From assembly GCA_964016885.1 (NCBI GenBank), contig OZ024741.1:209746001-209810000 (forward strand): 64,000 bases of DNA, written 5' to 3'. The stretch comes from Eledone cirrhosa. Its lineage: Eukaryota. The notes beneath the pieces were generated by a model that saw nothing but the letters and a program-made list of their open reading frames with translations, was not told where the DNA came from and did not search any database. The translations under genes and the position numbers were made by a program. Shown piece after piece: positions 57,001 to 64,000 of this stretch. Position 1 is the stretch's first letter. Every line of letters starts with the position of its first letter.

Positions 57001-59969
57001 CAACTTAACTTAACCGCAACTTAGCTTAACCCCAACCCTTGGTGGGATCGATCTGTAATTACTGGTACATGTGCAGACACTCATTGGCTGTGTGTGCCCT
57101 GATTTTCAGAAAGATATCTCCGTAAAATAACGAGTGGTGGCTGCGTAAAATAATGAATTACGCACGAAAATGAGAAAATTTCAATTCTCGATCGTGGGCC
57201 GGACGGATGTCGGATCGATTCGTAAATACAAGGATAATGTGCGGACACTCCTTGGCTGTGTGCGGCATGATTTTCAGGACGATATCTCCGTAAAATCAAG
57301 AGTTGATAACCCCAACTTAACTTAACCCCAACTTAACTTAACCGCAACTTAACTTAACCGCAACCTAACTTAACCCCAACTTAACTTAACCGCAACTTAA
57401 CTTAACCCCAACCTAACTTAACCCCAACTTAACTTAACCGCAACTTAACTTAACCGCAACCTAACTTAACCCGAACTTAACTTAACCGCAACTTAACTTA
57501 ACCGCAACTTAGCTTAACCCCAACCCTTGGTGGGATCGATCTTTAATTACTGGTACATGTGCAGACACTCATTGGCTGTGTGTGGCCTGATTTTCAGAAA
57601 GATATCTCCGTAAAATAACGAGTGGTGGCTGCGTAAAATAATGAATTACGCACGAAAATGAGAAAATTTCGATTCTCGATCGTGGGCCGGCCGGATGTCG
57701 GATCGATTCGTAAATACAAGGATAATGTGCGGACACTCCTTGGCTGTGTGCGGCATGATTTTAAGGACGATATCTCCGTAAAATCAAGAGTTGATAACCC
57801 CAACTTAACTTAACCCCAACTTAACTTAACCGCAACTTAACTTAACCGCAACCTAACTTAACCCCAACTTAACTTAACCGCAACCTAACTTAACCCCAAC
57901 TTAACTTAACCGCAACTTAACTTAACCCCAACCTAACTTAACCCCAACTTAATTTAACCGCAACTTAACTTAACCGCAACCTAACTTAACCCCAATTTAA
58001 CTTAACCGCAACTTAACTTAACCGCAACTTAGCTTAACCCCAACCCTTGGTAGGATCGATCTGTAATTACTGGGACATGTGCAGACACTCATTGGCTGTG
58101 TGTGGCCTGATTTTCAGAAAGATATCTCCGTAAAATAAGGAGTGGTGGCTGCGTAAAATAATGAATTACGCACGAAAATGAGAAAATTTCGATTCTCGAT
58201 CGTGGGCCGGCCGGATGTCGGATCGATTCGTAAATACAAGGATAATGTGCGGACACTCCTTGGCTGTGTGCGGCATGATTTTCAGGACGATATCTCCGTA
58301 AAATCAAGAGTTGATAACCCTAACTTAACTTAACCCCAACTTAACTTAACCGCAACTTAACTTAACCGCAACCTAACTTAACCCCAACTTAACTTAACCG
58401 CAACCTAACTTAACCCCAACTTAACTTAACCGCAACTTAACTTAACCCCAACCTAACTTAACCCCAACTTAACTTAACCGCAACTTAACTTAACCGCAAC
58501 CTAACTTAACCCCAACTTAACTTAACCGCAACTTAACTTAACCCCAACCTAACTTAACCCCAACTTAACTTAACCCCAATTTAACTTAACCGCAACTTAA
58601 CTTAACCGCAACTTAGCTTAACCCCAACCCTTGGTGGGATCGATCTGTAATTAGTGGGACATGTGCAGACACTCATTGGCTGTGTGTGCCCTGATTTTCA
58701 GAAAGATATCTCCGTAAAATAACGAGTGGTGGCTGCGTAAAATAATGAATTACGCACGAAAATGAGAAAATTTCAATTCTCGATCGTGGGCCGGACGGAT
58801 GTCGGATCGATTCGTAAATACAAGGATAATGTGCGGACACTCCTCGCCTGTGTGCGGCATGATTTTCAGGACGATATCTCCGTAAAATCAAGAGTTGATA
58901 ACCCCAACTTAACTTAACCCCAACTTAACTTAACCGCAACTTAACTTAACCGCAACCTAACTTAACCCCAACTTAACTTAACCGCAACTTAACTTAACCC
59001 CAACCTAACTTAACCCCAACTTAACTTAACCGCAACTTAACTTAACCGCAACCTAACTTAACCCCAACTTAACTTAACCGCAACTTAACTTAACCGCAAC
59101 TTAGCTTAACCCCAACCCTTGGTGGGATCGATCTTTAATTACTGGTACATGTGCAGACACTCATTGGCTGTGTGTGGCCTGATTTTCAGAAAGATATCTC
59201 CGTAAAATAACGAGTGGTGGCTGCGTAAAATAATGAATTACGCACGAAAATGAGAAAATTTCGATTCTCGATCGTGGGCCGGCCGGATGTCGGATCGATT
59301 CGTAAATACAAGGATAATGTGCGGACACTCCTTGGCTGTGTGCGGCATGATTTTCAGGACGATATCTCCGTAAAATCAAGAGTTGATAACCCTAACTTAA
59401 CTTAACCCCAACTTAACTTAACCGCAACTTAACTTAACCGCAACCTAACTTAACCCCAACTTAACTTAACCGCAACCTAACTTAACCCCAACTTAACTTA
59501 ACCGCAACTTAACTTAACCCCAACCTAACTTAACCCCAACTTAACTTAACCGCAACTTAACTTAACCGCAACCTAACTTAACCCCAACTTAACTTAACCG
59601 CAACTTAACTTAACCCCAACCTAACTTAACCCCAACTTAACTTAACCCCAATTTAACTTAACCGCAACTTAACTTAACCTCAACTTAGCTTAACCCCAAC
59701 CCTTGGTGGGATCGATCTGTAATTACTGGTATATGTGCAGACACTCATTGGCTGTGTGGCCTGATTTTCAGAAAGATATCTCCGTAAAATAACGAGTGGT
59801 GGCTGCGTAAAATAATGAATTACGCACGAAAATGAGAAAATTTCGATTCTCGATCGTGGGCCGGCCGGATGTCGGATCGATTCGTACATACAAGGATAAT
59901 GTGCGGACACTCCTTGCCTGTGTGCCGCATGATTTTCAGGACGATATCTCCGTAAAATCAAGAGTTGAC

Positions 59970-60539
59970 AACCCCAACTTAACTTAACCCCAACTTAACT
60001 TAACCGCAACTTAACTTAACCGCAACCTAACTTAACCCCAACTTAACTTAACCGCAACCTAACTTAACCCCAACTTAACTTAACCCCAACTTAACTTAAC
60101 CGCAACTTAACTTAACCTCAACCTAACTTAACCCCAACTTAACTTAACCGCAACTTAACTTAACCGCAACTTAACTTAACCGCAACCTAACTTAACCCCA
60201 ACTTAACTTAACCGCAACCTAACTTAACCCCAACTTAACTTAACCCCAACTTAACTTAACCGCAACTTAACTTAACCTCAACCTAACTTAACCCCAACTT
60301 AACTTAACCCCAACTTAACTTAACCGCAACTTAACTTAACCCCAACCTAACTTAACCCCAACTTAACTTAACCGCAACCTAACTTAACCCCAACTTAACT
60401 TAACCGCAACTTAACTTAACCCCAACCTAACTTAACCCCAACTTAACTTAACCGCAACTTAACTTAACCTCAACCTAACTTAACCCCAACTTAACTTAAC
60501 CGCAACTTAACTTAACCGCAACTTAGCTTAACCCCAACC
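59970..60539. repeat. Expanded minisatellite, 35 units (570 bp)
   Basis: HOR sister copy of 53482..54046. 35x16+10=570. Confidence 0.92.
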
Positions 60540-63500
60540 CTTGGTGGGATCGATCTGTAATTACTGGTACATGTGCAGACACTCATTGACTGTGTGTGGC
60601 CTGATTTTCAGAAATATATCTCCGTAAAATAACGAGTGGTGGCTGCGTAAAATAATGAATTACGCACGAAAATGAGAAAATTTCGATTCTCGATCGTGGC
60701 CCGGCCGGATGTCGGATCGATTCGTAATTACAAGGATAATGTGCGGACACTCCTTGGCTGTGTGCGGCATGATTTTCAGGACGATATCTCCGTAAAATCA
60801 AGAGTTGATAACCCCAACTTCACTTAACCCCAACTTAACTTAACCGTAACTTAAATTAACCGCAACCTAACTTAACCCCAACTTAACTTAACCGCAACCT
60901 AACTTAACCCCAACTTAACTTAACCGCAACTTAACTTAACCCCAACCTAACTTAACCCCAACTTAACTTAACCGCAACTTAACTTAACCTCAACCTAACT
61001 TAACCCCAACTTAACTTAACCGCAACTTAACTTAAGCGCAACTTAGCTTAACCCCAACCCTTGGTGGGATCGATCTGTAATTACTGGTACATGTGCAGAC
61101 ACTCATTGGCTGTGTGTGGCCTGATTTTCAGAAAGATATCTCCGTCAAATAACGAGTGGTGGCTGCGTAAAATAATGAATTACGCACGAAAATGAGAAAA
61201 TTTCGATTCTCGATCGTGGGCCGGCCGGATGTCGGATCTATTCGTAAATACAAGGATAATGTGCGGACGCTCCTTGCCTGTGTGCCGCATGATTTTCAGG
61301 ACGATATCTCCGTAAAATCAAGAGTTGATAACCCCAACTGAACTTAACCCCAACTTAACTTAACCGCAACTTAACTTAACCGCAACCTAACTTAACCCCA
61401 ACTTAACTTAACCGCAACCTAACTTAACCCCAACTTAACTTAACCGCAACTTAACTTAACCCCAACCTAACTTAACCCCAACTTAACTTAACCGCAACTT
61501 AACTTAACCGCAACCTAACTTAACCCCAATTTAACTTAACCGCAACTTAACTTAACCGCAACTTAGCTTAACCCCAACCCTTGGTGGGATCGATCTGTAA
61601 TTACTGGTAGATGTGCAGACACTCATTGGCTGTGTGTGGCCTGATTTTCAGAAAGATATCTCCGTAAAATAACGAGTGGTGGCTGCGTAAATTAATGAAT
61701 TACGCACGAAAATGAGAAAATTTCGATTCTCGATCGTGGGCCGGCCGGATGTCGGATCGATTCGTAAATACAAGGATAATGTGCGGACACTCCTTGCCTG
61801 TGTGCCGCGTGATTTTCAGGACGATATCTCCGTAAAATCAAGAGTTGATAACCCCAACTTAACTTAACCCCAACTTAACTTAACCGCAAGTTAACTTAAC
61901 CGCAACCTAACTTAACCCCAACTTAACTTAACCCCAACTTAACTTAACCGCAACCTAACTTAACCCCAACTTAACTTAACCGCAACTTAACTTAACCCCA
62001 ACCTAACTTAACCTCAACTTAACTTAACCGCAACTTAACTTAACCTCAACCTAACTTAACCCCAACTTAACTTAACCGCAACTTAACTTAAGCGCAACTT
62101 AGCTTAACCCCAACCCTTGGTGGGATCGATCTGTAATTAGTGGTACATGTGCAGACACTCATTGACTGTGTGTGGCCTGATTTTCAGAAAGATATCTCCG
62201 TAAAATAACGAGTGGTAGCTGCGTAAATAATGAATTACGCACGAAAATGAGAAAATTTCGATTCTCGATCGTGGGCCGGCCGGATGTCGGATCGATTCGT
62301 AAATACAAGGATAATGTGCGGACACTCCTTGCCTGTGTGCCGCGTGATTTTCAGGTCGATATCTCCGTAAAATCAAGAGTTGATAACCCCAACTTAACTT
62401 AACCCCAACTTAACTTAACCGCAACTTAACTTAACCGCAACCTAACTTAACCCCAACTTAACTTAACCGCAACCTAACTTAACCCCAACTTAACTTAACC
62501 GCAACTTAACTTAACCCCAACCTAACTTAACCCCAACTTAACTTAACCGCAACTTAACTTAACTGAAACCTAAATTAACCCCAATTTAACTTAACCGCAA
62601 CTTAACTTAACAGCAACTTAGCTTAACCCCAACCTTTGGTGGGATCGATCTGTAATTACTGGTACATGTGCAGACACTCATTGGCTGTGTGTGGTCTGAT
62701 TTTCAGAAAGATATCTCCGTAAAATAACGAGTGGTGGCTGCGTAAAATAATGAATTACGCACGAAAATGAGAAAATTTCGATTCTCGATCGTGGGCCGGC
62801 CGGATGTCGGATCGATTCGTACATACAAGGATAATGTGCGGACACTCCTTGCCTGTGTGCCGCATGATTTTCAGGACGATATCTCCGTAAAATCAAGAGT
62901 TGATAACCCCAACTTAACTTAATCCCAACTTAACTTAACCGCAACCTAACTTAACCCCAAATTAACTTAACCGCAACCTAACTTAACCCCAACTTAACTT
63001 AACCGCAACTTAACTTAACCCCAACCTAACTTAACCCCAACTTAACTTAACCGCAACTTAATTTAACCTCAACCTAAATTAACCCCAACTTAACTTAACC
63101 GCAACTTAACTTAACCGCAACTTAGCTTAACCCCAACCCTTGGTGGGATCGATCTGTAATTACTGGTACATGTGCAGACACTCATTGGCTGTGTGTGGCC
63201 TGATTTTCAGAAAGATATCTCCGTAAAATAACGAGTGGTGGCTGCGTAAAATAATGAATTACGCACGAAAATGAGAAAATTTCGATTCTCGATCGTGGGC
63301 CGGCCGGATGTCGGATCGATTCGTACATACAAGGATAATGTGCGGACACTCCTTGCCTGTGTGCCGCATGATTTTCAGGACGATATCTCCGTAAAATCAA
63401 GAGTTGATAACCCCAACTTAACTTAACCCCAACTTAACTTAACCGCAACTTAACTTAACCGCAACCTAACTTAACCCCAACTTAACTTAACCGCAACTTA

Positions 63501-64000
63501 ACTTAACCGCAACTTAGCTTAACCCCAACCCTTGGTGGGATCGATCTGTAATTACTGGTACATGTGCAGACACTCATTGGCTGTGTGTGCCCTGATTTTC
63601 AGAAAGATATCTCCGTAAAATAACGAGTGGTGGCTGCGTAAAATAATGAATTACGCACGAAAATGAGAAAATTTCAATTCTCGATCGTGGGCCGGACGGA
63701 TGTCGGATCGATTCGTAAATACAAGGATAATGTGCGGACACTCCTTGGCTGTGTGCGGCATGATTTTCAGGACGATATCTCCGTAAAATCAAGAGTTGAT
63801 AACCCCAACTTAACTTAACCCCAACTTAACTTAACCGCAACTTAACTTAACCGCAACCTAACTTAACCCCAACTTAACTTAACCGCAACTTAACTTAACC
63901 CCAACCTAACTTAACCCCAACTTAACTTAACCGCAACTTAACTTAACCGCAACCTAACTTAACCCCAACTTAACTTAACCGCAACTTAACTTAACCGCAA

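Larger units (their letters stand above)
1..64000. repeat. Tandem satellite DNA array, about 124 head-to-tail monomers, modal length 520 bp
   Basis: The landmark CCGTAAAATCAAGAGTTGA recurs throughout, mostly at 520-bp spacing (ORF-track ends 782, 1302, 1822, 2342, 2862...). All copies are in the same orientation, I saw no unique sequence, and the array runs off both window edges. Confidence 0.99.
49135..64000. repeat. 12-monomer HOR, 6493 bp (complete copy 54047..60539, partial copy 60540..64000, deleted 9-mer copy 49135..54046)
   Basis: Markers and unit lengths (535, 504, 392, 488, 584, 582, 835/840) repeat at +6493 or +6488 (54308/60801, 55883/62376, 53473/59961). 4912=6493-1056-520-5. Confidence 0.9.

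Noticed and set aside
2573-61000. Alternative 64-93 aa ORFs (MGLSTLDF..., MYLRIDP..., read-through variants)
   Set aside because: They appear only where a single SNP or indel removes a stop codon in the satellite.
1-64000. CRISPR-like repeat-spacer array
   Set aside because: The intervening sequences are not unique, the repeat lengths are wrong and there are no cas genes.
1-64000. rDNA, 5S, snRNA, spliced-leader or histone tandem cluster
   Set aside because: I recognised no conserved motif of these families in the 270-bp core on either strand.

Overview
The whole 64-kb window is one uninterrupted, single-orientation satellite DNA array of about 124 monomers (manual count). It contains no credible gene, RNA gene, transposon insertion or CRISPR array. 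The modal 520-bp monomer has two parts: a 270-bp CpG- and palindrome-rich core, and a 250-bp minisatellite of fifteen 16-bp units (AACC[C/G]C-AAC[T/C]T-AACTT) plus a 10-bp cap. The core contains an old internal direct repeat (about 92 bp, offset 167-168 bp). The minisatellite is built from telomere-like words (TTAGG, TTAAG, TTGGGG on the - strand, with one exact TTAGGTTGGGG per canonical monomer) arranged in a fixed order with a 48-bp sub-period. Shared SNPs and length variants define successive higher-order-repeat (HOR) domains: short 2/3/6-mer duplications (1-9.5 kb), an 8-mer of 4176 bp (9.5-36 kb), an 11-mer of 5676 bp derived from it (35-46 kb) and a more diverged 12-mer of 6493 bp (49-64 kb). 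One 688-bp deletion can be traced to out-of-register recombination between the two internal repeats. The repeated 72-aa ORF is judged spurious. A eukaryotic, possibly insect, heterochromatic, centromeric or subtelomeric origin is inference only. I cannot identify the species or the function, and all counts were made by eye.
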